A DNA stretch of 64,000 nt from Calcarisporiella thermophila CBS 279.70 (GCF_041956535.1 NW_027192207.1:188810-252809); one strand, 5' to 3'; numbered from the stretch's first letter, positions 1 through 13,336 are shown. The notes: generated by a model from the sequence alone, not told the origin. Numbers and translations are program-made.

Positions 1-383
1 CTCGGAATAACGATCGGGTGATGGGAGGGGGTGAGACAAGAGAGAGGGATGCGCCATTCTCTCGCCGGTTGGCTTTCGCGTTCATTGTGATGGGTCTGGT
101 CATCACGGCCATGAGTGTTTCGCGATTGCGCCAACTTGAAAAGCGACTGGCGGACGAAGGCTGGTGCGACAACCCTCAGGGAGCAGGCTATTCTCAGGAG
201 GACCTGGGGCTAGGGCAGTATGAGGCTTGGAGACCCCTTTCCGACTTGCTTACGGAGCGAATTCAGGGCGGGCAAGGAAGAATGCCGCATATTGCAGTGG
301 AGCCACTGCGAAAGCGAGCACAGTGGCTACAAAGTGAGCTCCGTGATATTGAACGTATGTTGAGCGAGCTAGATTTGGTGTAA
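1..383 (+). CDS. 3' part of a membrane protein, possibly DUF202-like; likely truncated by the window edge
   Basis: Frame is open from the window start to TAA at 383 and has one TM-like segment (LAFAFIVMGLVITAMSV) followed by basic residues. The family guess is weak. Confidence 0.35.
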   Translation, partial: RNNDRVMGGGETRERDAPFSRRLAFAFIVMGLVITAMSVSRLRQLEKRLADEGWCDNPQGAGYSQEDLGLGQYEAWRPLSDLLTERIQGGQGRMPHIAVEPLRKRAQWLQSELRDIERMLSELDLV

Positions 384-484
384 TGAGTCGTGTTCTATAG
401 AGAATGCTTTTGCTTCCATGGGGATACATATATAAGAACATTTTCAGGTCGTTGGCCTCCAAAATAATTCATTATCTTATAGGG

Positions 485-1245
485 NNNNNNNNNNNNNNNN
501 NNNNNNNNNNNNNNNNNNNNNNNNNNNNNNNNNNNNNNNNNNNNNNNNNNNNNNNNNNNNNNNNNNNNNNNNNNNNNNNNNNNNNNNNNNNNNNNNNNNN
601 NNNNNNNNNNNNNNNNNNNNNNNNNNNNNNNNNNNNNNNNNNNNNNNNNNNNNNNNNNNNNNNNNNNNNNNNNNNNNNNNNNNNNNNNNNNNNNNNNNNN
701 NNNNNNNNNNNNNNNNNNNNNNNNNNNNNNNNNNNNNNNNNNNNNNNNNNNNNNNNNNNNNNNNNNNNNNNNNNNNNNNNNNNNNNNNNNNNNNNNNNNN
801 NNNNNNNNNNNNNNNNNNNNNNNNNNNNNNNNNNNNNNNNNNNNNNNNNNNNNNNNNNNNNNNNNNNNNNNNNNNNNNNNNNNNNNNNNNNNNNNNNNNN
901 NNNNNNNNNNNNNNNNNNNNNNNNNNNNNNNNNNNNNNNNNNNNNNNNNNNNNNNNNNNNNNNNNNNNNNNNNNNNNNNNNNNNNNNNNNNNNNNNNNNN
1001 NNNNNNNNNNNNNNNNNNNNNNNNNNNNNNNNNNNNNNNNNNNNNNNNNNNNNNNNNNNNNNNNNNNNNNNNNNNNNNNNNNNNNNNNNNNNNNNNNNNN
1101 NNNNNNNNNNNNNNNNNNNNNNNNNNNNNNNNNNNNNNNNNNNNNNNNNNNNNNNNNNNNNNNNNNNNNNNNNNNNNNNNNNNNNNNNNNNNNNNNNNNN
1201 NNNNNNNNNNNNNNNNNNNNNNNNNNNNNNNNNNNNNNNNNNNNN
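485..1245. other. Assembly gap (N run)
   Basis: Run of N. Confidence 1.
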
Positions 1246-1493
1246 ATAGTACTATCTCTTCTATTTTCGTTTATTTTTTTCCCCTCCCCCTACAATCGCC
1301 CTTTCTATATACATAGTATAATTGTCTAATAACGTGTAATTTTCTTTTGACTAATTCCAATTAAAAATAGTGCTGCGTTTTTCCGTTCCCATTGTGCTTT
1401 CTTCATCCATTTACATTATGGCATGGTATAAGTTCACTTTCCAATAAATCTATTGAGTAGCAAAATAGTGTTCGGGGGAGGGGCTTATATGGA

Positions 1494-2681
1494 TTAATTT
1501 AATGTGGTTTTACATATATACTCCTTCCACCACCTATCCCACTCTTCTCTTAGTTGCTCCTTCACCTCCTCCTCCTCGAAGATGCAGGCGATCCCGCGTC
1601 GCGACAACTCAAACAGCTGCATCTCGGTCATGCCAAATGTCCGAGCTGCTATCGCGTATTCGTTCGATAGCTCTGACAAAAAGACACCTTTGTCATCTGT
1701 GCAGAGAACAACGGCATGGCCCTCTCGCAGATGGTCTTTGACGTGATGGTCCTCGAAGGAGGCCACCGTGTGGCTAAGCACGTTGGAAGACATGCAGATC
1801 TCGATAGGGATATTCTGAGAGCGGATAATCTGCTGGCTAGCGGGATCGACGTGGGTAGCATGGCCAAGGCGATGCGGGGAGACGCTGAGCAAGCTCTCGG
1901 CCTCGTTCAAGTTTTCGGGAATCTCCCCGAAGTGCACGGTTAGGCGGAGCCCGCCTTCTCTTGCACGCACAAACGCAGGCTTGACAATATCAAAATGACC
2001 CTTCTCCACATGCCCGCATAGATCCAATCCCACCACGCCTTCATCCTTGTATTTCAGCGCAATATCAACCGTCTCCTGCGCTTGCTCGAGCGTTTCTCGC
2101 CGGTCAACACTGAGGATCAGGCGGACGAGGATGTTCGGGGGCGCAGTGCGTATTGCAGAGAGCACGGTTCGAACATAATCCTCCTTTGTCATGTTCGCAG
2201 AGATTTTGGGAGTGGTCCGCAGTTCAAGATAACGTACTCCGTCCGCCGCGAAATCTTGTACGACTTGCTGCGCTGCAAATCGGAGCGATTCCTCATCGGC
2301 GGTCAATCGATTCACTATCCGAAAAAGATCGAAGAATCTGGAGAAGAGAGAGTGGGGATCCATGAGCTTGAGAGGACACCAGATTAACTTTCTAAAATGT
2401 TATAAAATTTACTCTGCGATTTTAACTTTGCCTTCCGGAAGGGTGAATCCTTCGAGTTCGGGTATATTGGCCCGATGTTTGTTAACTAGGGTTTGAAAAG
2501 TAGAGGGAGATAAGCTGCCCGTCAAATGGGCATGCAGTTCCTATACCCAAGAAAAAAGTTGAATGCATTTGCTTCAATGTGAACTGAGCAACTTAGGTAC
2601 TATACCCACCACCTTGGGGAGACGTTTGCAAAACTGTATCAGTTGCTCTTCATCGTGAACTTTGCCGTTGTTTCTTGTCAT
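1494..2681 (-). CDS. ADAL: Adenosine deaminase-like protein (ADAL/MAPDA, N6-methyl-AMP deaminase type), 3 exons
   Basis: ATG 2681 with GT-AG introns at ~2612-2541 and ~2412-2338. Spliced N-terminus LPK|ELHAHLTGS; also YLELRTTP, GLDLCG, TVHFGE, RLGHA, IEICMSSN and the ADAL-type CTDDKGVF. Confidence 0.9.
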
Positions 2682-3099
2682 TTTAAATAGAGTAGTAGCC
2701 AATATTTTAGGGAATAGAGAGCCTTAATAATATTAAGGCTATAAAGGCTATAAGACGAATATATTATATTCGTCCAGGTAGGGACTGCCTCTTTCCTATT
2801 TCAAAGTGACTCACCCAAGTTTCCTTTAATAGAATACCTCAAAGTCATCCTGTCATAATAATAATGATAAAAGTACAATGTATATACTGGCAATAGAGTC
2901 TTTTGCATCTCCGCGAGCAAAAAGCGTTAAGCGGCTCTTTAAAATGCCATCTATACTATGGCGCTATAGTGGGTTTTATTTGAAAATGAACAATGCATTA
3001 AAGTAAATTGTTTATAAACCTGCAAAGAGAAGCTATATTATTATGATATATATGAGCTTGAAATGATATAAGGCTATCGACACCCTGTGCATTCTCTAC

Positions 3100-4332
3100 C
3101 AGAAAATGGTTCGACACTCTATAAGCAAAATCAGTAACCTAATGGAGTGAACAAAATACGCAAGGCATGGAGTAGTATGAACTCGACGAAAAGCATTGGA
3201 TAATGTGAGGAATTTAGCCTATATTAAAACTTGAACTATTTCAGCAATCTCTCCGGTACATCTGTACTGGCTCACTCTCCTTCAATATTCTTTAGTAGAT
3301 TTTAGATATGATTTGTTCAGTGGGAGTATTGCCAATTTCCTTCACTAGAAGTATATCTCGCCAAATTTGCCTTGTAGATATGCAATGGGCCGTCCGTTGC
3401 ATACCAAAGTAATGTTTCCAGTTTCTAATGCAAAATATCTGCAGAATCCTCTTCCATGACCGCCACCATTACTCAAGCAAACCCATAAAATATTTAACTT
3501 CTTGAGAGACAGGCTTCGAAGCATCAATGGAGGCAACGGGCAAGTATACTCGTCTGCGATGGGTCATTTTCCACATGGGTACTTTCCATGTGGTGATAGA
3601 TGCGGTACAGCAAGGGATGACGAACATCCCACTCACTCCAAGTCCCTTCATATTGGAAAAAATATCGTAAAGCGCCACGTTTTCGTCCAAACCGCCCGTG
3701 GAGTTCTTTGAAACGGCCTGTAAGCCGTCGACCACCAAAATAGCCGTTACCTTTTCCCGTTCCCTTTTCTCGCGCAACCTCAGCAGCTCAATAATGATTA
3801 TAGGATGCGGTGCTTCATAGCCCGAAATAAGTTCAGTTAGGGGAATATTTGGAAGGAGTTGCCAAAGCATTCGTATGCCGATAATCTGCATCACTATATG
3901 CTCGGCCTCTTTGATAGCGCTACTCTCATTCTCTAGACTAACGTGGAATACCCAGGCGTTCTCAAGCCTATTCTTCAGCTCCGACTCCTCTCATGGTAAA
4001 CAAGCAATCAATGAGTTGCGGAATTCGTTAGCATTACGAGATTTACCGGTGCCAGCTCCAGCGAGGAAGAGATAAAGCGGCATAGTTGTTTTGTCTATAT
4101 AGCCGTAGCAAAACTATGATAATGATCGACAAGTGTCTCGCGTAATTTTTCATATAATTTCGGATGAGGTTGCAATTTTCCATAATGTGAACAATGATAG
4201 AGCCAGATGTAATAATCGGTCGCTTTCCTTCTCCTTGATTTTATACTCTAGCTCCTCAACCGTACCCAATCTGTCAATTTCGACGGTAAAGAGCTCTGCA
4301 TAATAACGATTGAACACACAGCTGATCTTCAT
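3100..4332 (-). pseudogene. Decayed Crinkler (CRN)-family gene: ubiquitin-like CRN header plus P-loop NTPase
   Basis: 4332-4150 encodes a CRN-type header (LFTVEID..TVEELEYKIKEK..LFTLWK). Downstream are LYLFLAGAGTGKSRNANEF (Walker A), ILVVDGLQ (Walker B), RRVYLPVAS and GGHGR. In-frame TGA at 3993-3991 plus several frameshifts. The 3' limit is approximate. Confidence 0.8.
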
Positions 4333-6344
4333 TATGTACTTGCTATAAGAAAGTAGCTTTTTACCTTACGTGTCGCATATGAATTTATTTCCGCAAATCC
4401 TTTTAAATGAATGACGTAGCTTTCCAGCGACTTTAATTTTTCTTTGCAGAAATTACTCTTACGCAAAGGTGAATTGAGCCCATACTCTTAATATATCGAA
4501 AGTTGGGTGTAGCACCGTCACAAGTGGCACTACCCATCCATCCTACAAGAATAGCCAGAATTTGACATTTCGTTTGCTTCAAACTCATATTCTTTTCAAT
4601 GCGACCTATTCTCCAATACACTGGCAGCACAAGCAACACCAGAAACAAATAGCAGGGAATTGACCGCCTGTTATGGTAAGGAGGATAAGGCAGATTCAGC
4701 GCTATTCACGTTGAAGCTGCTCCGAAATCTTATTGTTGACTCACTCTCCCTTTAATAGCGGAAGGGAAAGCTTAGCGTAAGCACAGGGAAACGGCACAAA
4801 GTATATTAGAAGGTTCGCCTCACTTTCCCCACCTCTTCCCTGGGAGGACAAAATCCTCGCCGAGATATTTGTAGCTTGAGCTACAACCTACAACCTTGCC
4901 GCCTCTCTTAGCAAAACGCGTTGACTCAACCCCTTTCAGCACCGCGCAATGAAGATTACATAAAATTTATTGCCGTGGCTCCCACCTGTCAATGGAATCC
5001 ATTTGAGTGTCTCGGTGCTGTCCACTGACGGTCTCGCCCCACCTTTGAACCTTCCCTTCTAACTATCTCAAATGGATCCTCCCGCCGCGCTCTGCGTCAG
5101 CATGGTTGTTGTTCTTTTGCTGCGGCTTGATTTCTTGTCTCCTCAAGATGGGCCGCTCCTTCCCTTAACGAGAAAATCTATCCTGAGCTTGGACGCCAGA
5201 GCGGCCCCTCTTTTGGCTTATCCCTTCCAAGGGAGAGAGTTCTTGCAATCAGAGTTCTTAACCTGATTGGAACAAGCTTGTTGAGATGATAAGAGTCTCG
5301 ATTCCCCGTTGTAAGCACCCCCTTCCCCTCTCTAGATAAGAGCATGGTAACATTAAATGATGGTAAAGATAACGTAAACCACAACATCGATGAAGGGTCA
5401 AGTGGGCCGTTTCAGTTATGCCTTTCCCATATCCTGCAAAGCGCATGTTAGCAGGCCTGAGCAAAGCAAGCACTCCGCCTCCCTCCAGCTCGGTGGCAAA
5501 ACTGCGAGTCGCGACGGTCCACAAACATGCCGATTGCATCCTCCCGCACTGGCGAGAAGAGGGTGCGCTGAAGGAAGCCCCGGTCCCTCACGTGCACCCG
5601 GGAGGGCAAGTCCAGTCGAATGGTTCTGCGTCGCAGGCTCCCCGCCCTATCCTCGCTTGTCGACCTCATGCAAGACCAAGCTGGGCGCGAGATGCAGCCG
5701 CCGCCTCATGCAAGCACTCCGTCTAATGAACGCAAACAATTCCTCGGAAGAGCAGGTTTTTGGGCTCCGTTCTCACGAAACCCAAACAAAATCCTGCAAG
5801 CTTTAGCGTTTTGCATGCAAGCTTATCCAAGGCTCGTGCTTCTTATTTGATTCATCCCCATCACGCCCAACTCTATTTTCGTTGTTCACAGACTCCACGC
5901 AGGCCACACCCACAGGTTTGGCTCGTATGCCCAAAGCTCTCAAGCAAACAAAACAAGAAAAAAAAAGGCAGACCGCCCTCAACTTTCTTATTAGAATTAA
6001 TAGAAGCTAACCGGAAGAGAGGTGACAAAAAACAGGAATGCGAACCTAGCCAAGAATGTTGATAGATCGAATAAATAATAAATACATTCTGATGAAGAGC
6101 TCATAGAGGGGAGGGGGGGGGGATAAAGCAGAGCAGGGTAAAACAAAATCAGCTCAGGTTTAGACACAGATATACTAGAATGATAATTAAGAAGGAAAAA
6201 AAAACGGGATAGCAAACAAAGAGAAATGAAAACCACCGAGAAACGGAAGGCAGGAATATTGACAGCAAAGAAAAACAAATAACAATCCAAAACTAAGATT
6301 ATACACAGGGGAGGGGGAGATAAAAAATAATAGACAATCACCCA

Positions 6345-7088
6345 TCATGAATAGGTTATGCAGGGTGAATCGCAATGATAGCACCTCAAGATCGAGTCCT
6401 CTCTTCGCTCCATTGCAGCCACCATCAGCTTATGTTCTTTCCGCCTCGCCACATGCTTGTTCTTGCACACGGTGCGTGTGTGTTGAAACGCAATCCCGCA
6501 GCTATTACAAAGGCGCGAATTGTGCCCGTCCCACCCCGGACGGGCCACGGGAGAGTTGCGCAGCGACGCCGAGCACGCCGAGCACGACCCGATTTTGGGG
6601 ACGCGCCGGCGCTTCATTCTCTCGCTGGGCTCAGAGCTCGGAGAGCGGCGCTTCCTCTGGAGCTCCTCGGGCCGAGAGGCCTCCACCTCGGCCACGAAAT
6701 CTTCCGATATCAGCGTTTGCTCTTCTTGGTCCCGCTCCGACGACTGGCTGTCCCTCTCGCCGCACTCTCCCCCCTCCGGCAGCACTTTCAGGGCGCGTTG
6801 AAGTTCGATGCTGCAGAACTCTGCAAACGCAACGAAAAACGGGTCGCGGCGCGGCTCCACGCTCCACCGCCTGTCGCTCGCCAAACCAAGGGTGGAGAGG
6901 GCGGGCAGGCGTATTGGCGAAGAGGGCAGCGCGAGTGGCGAGGAGCAGGTGTTGAGTTGGGGATTGGATGGGCATTGGACTTGCTGACGCATTTGAGCGC
7001 GCCGAATCATTTCGGTTTGTAGCGAATAGAGCGGCGGGGGAGTCCGCGGCGTATCAAGATAATGGCCGCATTTAGCAGAAATGTACAT
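6345..7088 (-). CDS. Ash1-like GATA zinc-finger protein, intronless
   Basis: CSAC-x21-CNSC finger with SPVARPGW...LCNSCG, then TRTVC...RCYHC, matching the Ash1-type C-terminal extension. Basic NLS-like KRRR. Likely start MYISAKC at 7088. Confidence 0.75.
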   Translation of the reverse strand: MYISAKCGHYLDTPRTPPPLYSLQTEMIRRAQMRQQVQCPSNPQLNTCSSPLALPSSPIRLPALSTLGLASDRRWSVEPRRDPFFVAFAEFCSIELQRALKVLPEGGECGERDSQSSERDQEEQTLISEDFVAEVEASRPEELQRKRRSPSSEPSERMKRRRVPKIGSCSACSASLRNSPVARPGWDGHNSRLCNSCGIAFQHTRTVCKNKHVARRKEHKLMVAAMERREDSILRCYHCDSPCITYS

Positions 7089-7927
7089 AGAAGATGAGAT
7101 GGGATGCAGCGTCCAGATTAGACCTAGTTGAGGACGAGATTCCCAAAGGGGGATGACTTGGATTGGGCGCACACTTGGAAAAGAAGGCCAAGTCAGGGGA
7201 AACAGGCAGGAAGAGGATAGGAGATAATGGGAGAAGCCAAGGGAAAACAGGGGAGAGAAGAAGCGGGTCCGAAGGGGGCTAAGGGGGGGGGGGGGGAAAG
7301 CCGGGCCCAAGGAAGAAGGAAGGGAGGAAGGGGAGAGAGAAGGAAAAAAATAAATCATCCAGAACGGGCGGACAAAGTTAACCTCTGTTCCCGTGTTGGA
7401 TTTCCCCTTTCCTCCTGTGCCTAATCGTTTTGGGCGGGCAGCCTCGAATTCAAGTGGTCACCCGCTGCGCATTTGAGTTTCCGGGAGGGGTCGAGCAGGA
7501 GGCAGTTGATCTCTCAAAATTTCGGCTGCAAACTCTGACTCTATAACCGACTTGGTGGAGAGCCGTGACCCAGACAAAAGCTTGATGGGCCAGAAGGGCG
7601 GGGCGGCGCATGATATGCTTGCACAGAGAATGTCAAAGTTTTTTTGTGTGTAAGCTAATATACGGCTGCAACCGTTACACGGAGCCTTTCTATTTGTTCT
7701 TGTATATTTGTTTTTATTATTGTTATTAATATATAATGTTACATGAGGGGGAAAGGGGGAGCGACAGAGGAAAGCGAAAAAAAAAAGACAACGGGAAAGC
7801 AGGCCACGCTTTGCATCACATTGACCGCTTCCCGCAGGCGAAACAGCTGGAGGAAGGCATGGGACTAAGAGGAGGGAAATAAATAAGCCAAAACAAACAA
7901 CCCTTTTGCAACGTTGGCTCCGCCCGT

Positions 7928-9632
7928 TCACTTGGCAACCCCAACCACGCTCTTCTTGCGCTCCGCAACATAGGGCACCTTGCCCGGCTTCGAGTGCCGC
8001 CGCAGATTGTCCTCCTTTCGCTTGCGTGCGTCCAGCATGGTGCGCTTGAGCTTCGAGGTCTTGGTGATCGCCTTGGGGGTGTTCCTGTGGCGGGAGATCT
8101 TCTTGATCTCCGGCATTTCCTTGTAGCGTTCCTTCAGCTTGTCGGAGTACTCTAGGTGCGCGCGCTCGCGGTAGTCCTTGACGCCGATCTTTTCCGATGC
8201 GTTGGCCTTCCAGACACGGATATTGCCGTCGTCGGAGCCGGAGAGAACGTATTTCGAGTCCATACTGAAGCGAACGCTCCATATCCTAGTTAAACAGAAT
8301 GCCATCAAGTAAATAAACAGCTCTACACCACCACCCCCCTCTCGTGCCATCAAGATGATGATGAAGTATACCGTTGCATTCGCTTGGTGTGATAAATATC
8401 TCGACTGTGGCCCTCACGTGCCTTGAAGATGCGGACGGAGCAGTCGTACGAGCCCGTCACAATCTCCTCACCCGTGGGCGAATAGTCCACATCGAGCCTA
8501 ATAGATAAAAAAATCAGAGCCGAGTTAGCACACCTGAACACTCGACGACTTGCTGTGCACAGCAGGATGCACTCACACTGCTGATACATGGTCCTTTAGT
8601 ACATTCAACGCTCTGTCCATCTTTCGCATATCGAACGTGTAACAGTTGTGGTCTTCATTTGCAACAGTAAAGTTGAACGCCTCCATGGGGTTCCATGCTA
8701 GTGCATTTGACTTCATGGTCATCACGAGTTTTGAGAGTGGGGATGAGGTGCGAAGGTCGTAAAGGATAATGGTGCGATCCGTCCCACAGCTCGCAACCAC
8801 ATTGGTTTCAACCTGGTTGAAGCGTACTGTGTTAACAGTATCAGCGCCCCAGGTAAATGTGTGAATGGGCTCGGATCTGAAAACAGGATATTATTGAGTA
8901 GGTTGGAGGGTGGTTTTAGTTTGGAGGAGAGATTACCTGTTCTCGTCCCAAATGTCGATCTGGGAGCCGGAGGTTGCGAAAATGGGTTCATTGCGGTGGT
9001 GATCAATGGCGCTAAATGCATACCTCCCGATATATGTGTTCATAGGCTAATGAGGGAGAATATCGAGCAAAGAAAGCAAATGGGTTGGTGGTGTGATTGG
9101 GCCAGATTAACGTGATTATTTCCATTTACCTCATCGGGGGTATCATTGCCATCAAATTTCCAGATCTTAACCGTCTTGTCCAATCCACACGACAAGTAAG
9201 AGTCATTATAGGCACTGTGGCACACGCCCTTGACAATCCCCTTGTGTCCAAACGTAGACCATAGTGTTTCTCTCTCGGAAAGGCTCCATAACCGAATTTC
9301 ACCATCGCCACTGCCCGAAATCAAGGTATCCAGTTTCTTCGGATGCCGTGCCATGGCATAGACGCCATCAGCATGACCGCTGAGAGCGCCAATAAACGGC
9401 TTAGCAAACAAACGCTCGAGCTTTACGGATCGCAATGCGCGGGTGTACTCGCGAGCCTTTTCAAAGGGATGCAGATTGGGATCAAAATTGCGTTGCACTT
9501 TGTGGATGTCCTGAGCGCGCTCGCGGGTATAATCCTCTGCACTCCGTGATATTGCTTTCACTTTCTACAAAAAAAGGGCAATTGCATTGAGATGCTCCCG
9601 ATCTCCCATTAATTAAAAAGGAAAATTACCAT
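7928..9632 (-). CDS. SOF1: SOF1/DCAF13 WD40 protein (SSU processome), multi-exon
   Basis: M|KVKAISRS, HPFEKAREYTRAL..KLERLFAKPF, WNPMEAFNF, YHTKRMQR, SGSDDGNIRVWKA and the Sof1 C-terminus (PEIKKISRHR). The first exon is ATG only (9632-9630). Confidence 0.95.
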
Positions 9633-10323
9633 TTTGTAGAGGAATGTGTATTATAGCTGGTGGAAAGCGATTTTTGAGACTGGCTTTTCTTTTTGTTATT
9701 CTTTGTTTACCGTGACTTCACCTAAGCCACACACCATCTGATTGACTCCCATTGGCCGATCATTTCATTTACCATTTGTAGTAATAATTCATTGTTTCCA
9801 AACGTGTGAAGATGAATTATTTCATGATGATGAATATAAAGCAGAAGAGAGTTTTCCTTGGAAGAATAAAAAAAATACAATGATCCCTGCATAATGACAC
9901 TACTCGTCTGGCGATCCCGAGGTTGGGCGTTTCTTCACTCCTCTCTGGCCCACAAGTGATCAAGGACCACGGTTTATTTCTCCATAGCTTACTAATAGTC
10001 CTCTACACAATATATAATCTTGTGCGTGCTGCTTAGGTTAGTAGAAGGGTTGCACCAAGGATATAAGCTTCCCAGTCAGAGTGGCCTTGGTTTTGTTTAT
10101 TTTACTCGGTATCTCGATTCGAACCAATTTCCCAAGTGTGCACGCGCAGACCTATTTCAAACTGATACGCCGATATTTGCGTCATTTTTTTTGGAGAGTA
10201 CCCATTTTTACATTAGACTTACGATACTTGTGCTATTTTCTAAGATAAAAAAAATAGATAGATCCAGCGACCCATCGTTCTTCCAGTCCCCCTCCCCCCT
10301 CCCTTAACTTAAACTTCTAAAGA

Positions 10324-12510
10324 ATGTCTTGCCTAGACTTTGCGTACTATGATATACGTAAAGATGGCTCTCACACTCCGCCCGAGCCGCCTCCACACAC
10401 CCACCATCTCCCTCCTAACAATACCCTAGTAGACATGAGAACGCATGTGTTCCGCCCAGTTACCTCATTCGATTACTTCACACAACCCGCCTCTCCTCTT
10501 CCCCAGGACGCCGAGAAAACCTCACCGCCCCCCCTTACTTTAACCGAACCCGCCACCACCCTGGCGGCCAGCCGCCCAGGAGGGGAGCAAGAGCAAAGTG
10601 CTGGCAAAGGCACCCGGTTCCAGGCTTGGTTCGGGTTGGTGATGATTGTCATGCTAACGTCGGTGGGAGGGATGAACTGGCTAACCTTTGCGGTGGTGTC
10701 GACAAAGAGCACGGAGTTTTTACAAGTGAGTTTTACCGCGGTAAACTGGTTGTCGAACGCCAGCTCAATTGTGTATGTAATTATGAGCCTGTTTACAGGC
10801 TGGTATTACGATCGGTTTGGGATCAAGAGCGCGGTAAGTGCGGGTGCACTAAACTACCAAAGCTTGAGCCAATGGGCATCTGATTTCTATATTTTTCTTT
10901 CGTTTTCTATATTATTCATTCATATTTAGTTGGTACTGGCAGGCATTTTGTGCACAATTGGGTGTAGCATTCGTTACATGGCAACCTATTTAACGGAGGT
11001 CGGCTTTCGATACGCCGCAATCATGATTGGGCAGGTAACGTATGAAGCACTGGAAAATCCAAACACCATACTCACCCTACGGGTTTGTTCTAGCTGTTGG
11101 CGACGGCAGTCAATCCACTGGGATTAAATCTTACCACCAAGTATGCAGTCTCTTGGTTTACCGCCAAGGAACGTGTCACCGCAAATATGGTTGCAAGTAA
11201 GTTATTCGTGACTACGACATCGCATAGTCGACTGTTCAACTTATTCATTATGCCTCCTTCCCCCCTTTTCTCTAGCTTTACCCATAGGAATGAGCGCATC
11301 CCTTATCTTAATACCCTATTTAACACCCTCGCAAGATAGGATTCCTTTCATGGTAAACACTTCATCCCAAATTTTAAATAGTCATCCCATACAACCATTC
11401 AAAGCCTATTATTCTTTAGCTTCTCGTCCTCGCCCTCACCTCCTTAGCCGTCACGATCCCAACCTTTTTCCTAGCCAAGCATCCCCCCACTGGCATGTCT
11501 GTCACCTCCTGCGCACCTAGGCTTCCCTTTTGGCAAGGGCTTCGCTCACTTGCTCGCAACATGAACTTCTGGCTGCTTGTTTTTCTTTTCAGCGTGAATA
11601 TGGGTTTGAACACGGCTTTCACCAGCCTCATCAATCAATTCTTGGTTCCATATGGCTATACCGATCAGCAAGCGGGCGTCATCGGCTTTATACTGATTGG
11701 TTCCGGTGCTCTTGGGATGAGTTGAGTAGCGTTGATTCCCCCCCCCCCCCTTTGGGGGGAGGGCCTCCTCAGGGAATCTTTCAAACACTAGTCTAAATGA
11801 TTTTGTATTGACTTGTGTAGTCATCTTGAGCCCCATTGTGGATCGGACCGGCGCCCACAAGCAATTCCTTAAATTGTTCACCCCGTTTCTCGCCCTAACC
11901 TACATCGGCTTTTGTTGGACAATTGCGCCCAACAACTTTTGGCCGATTGCTGTAGTCGCGGCCCTGAACGGCATTTCTTCGATGACCCTGATGCCAATCT
12001 CACTTGAATTAGGAGTAGAATGTAAAACGAATGACATCCCCATTCTTATGGTGATGGGTCAGGACTGGCTAACTCGTGTATGTGGCCTTTGTAGGCACGT
12101 ATCCTTGCTCTGAATCCGTTTCCACCTCGATCCTTTGGCTGGTTTCGCAAATATTTGCCATTGTCCTGTTAGCCATCGAAGATTCCCTGCGAGAGCCCAA
12201 CGGGACTCCTCCCAATAACTTGGCGGCAGCATTGACTTTCCAGGCCTTCGTGGCCTCGTCCACGGGGATTCTGGTGTTCCTCTACAGCGCGCGAAACCTA
12301 CGCATGGAGCAGGATCGGGGCCAAACCGGAGGAGACGAGGAGAGTGAGAAAGAACGTAAGACAAGTGATGCCTCTGCCGGAAGCGCGGATACCGATACGA
12401 CCTTGGCGGAAGGGGCCAATATGGCAAGGGGAGAGGTGGCAAGAGGTAGAGTGGCATCTAGAGATAGATACAATGGAGACCACGGGGTCATTGAGGTGCG
12501 TAGAGTATGA
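10324..12510 (+). CDS. MFS transporter, FLVCR/SLC49-like, multi-exon
   Basis: MNWLTFA..VNWLS, YYDRFGIK, SWFTAKERVTANM, ISLELGVEC|TYPCSESVSTSILW; about 12 TM segments across GT-AG-joined exons. Confidence 0.85.
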
Positions 12511-12798
12511 TATTCCAAACTATATATAATATGTATCTCTGTTTAATAATGCAATAGTAATGCCACCCATATACTTTTATATAACCTCAATAAAACAAGC
12601 AGCATTGAAAATACGCTTCATTCATCTATATGCATAGACTCCTGATTAGACCGATAGATAGAAAGCTTGTTCATTGGCAATTCAGGAAGTGACTGCTAAC
12701 CTAGCAATTTAAACATATTGACAGGATGGATAGGTCATTCTCATTCGCTTCGATGGTGTTTTCCTTTAAGTTCCATTTTCCCTACATTCTTCTTCGGT

Positions 12799-13336
12799 AT
12801 GCTTCGCCTCTTTTATCGCATCCCCGCCATTAGATCCCTCTCAACCGTTACAAAAAATGGACCTGTGCCTATCGTCATCAATGAAGAAGATTTGGAAGAG
12901 AAATTTGTAAAAGGGCATGGAAATGGAGGGCAAAAAGTGAATAAAACGAGTAATTGCGTGCAGATCGTGCACATTCCCACTGGCATACGCGTCTCGGTAA
13001 TATATATTTTAATATTGATGGAGATTTGGTGATGAACGATGCATTGTTAATCGGATTGCTGATCTGTTTGCACTTATTATATTTGATTAGTGTCATGCAA
13101 ACCGATCTCTGAATCAAAATCGATCAGAGGCAAGGCGAATTCTGCGAGATAAGTTGGACGAGATGATGAATGGGGAGCTGTCTAAACCCGCGCTGAAAGC
13201 ACAAAAGATCGCCCAGCGGAAACGACAGCGTGAGAAGCGGGCAAAGAAGAAATACGGAAGGGCAGTAGAGAAGGAAGCCGAAGATGGCAATAGAGGGGGA
13301 GAAAGCGAAGATAAGCGTGAAGAAAAGGAGATTTAG
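12799..13336 (+). CDS. Mitochondrial class I release-factor homolog (MTRFR/C12orf65-like, GGQ)
   Basis: Presequence-like MLRLFYR start, [24 protein letters not shown]; intron 12997-13090; basic C-terminal tail. Confidence 0.9.

Noticed and set aside
404-1249. Long ORFs running through N gaps (also 21378-22262)
   Set aside because: Artefacts of translating N runs.
5390-5850. Overlapping GC-rich ORFs including an ARPSW...CKH segment resembling the neighbouring Ash1-like finger
   Set aside because: The cysteine pairs are missing and the match is too short to call a pseudogene.
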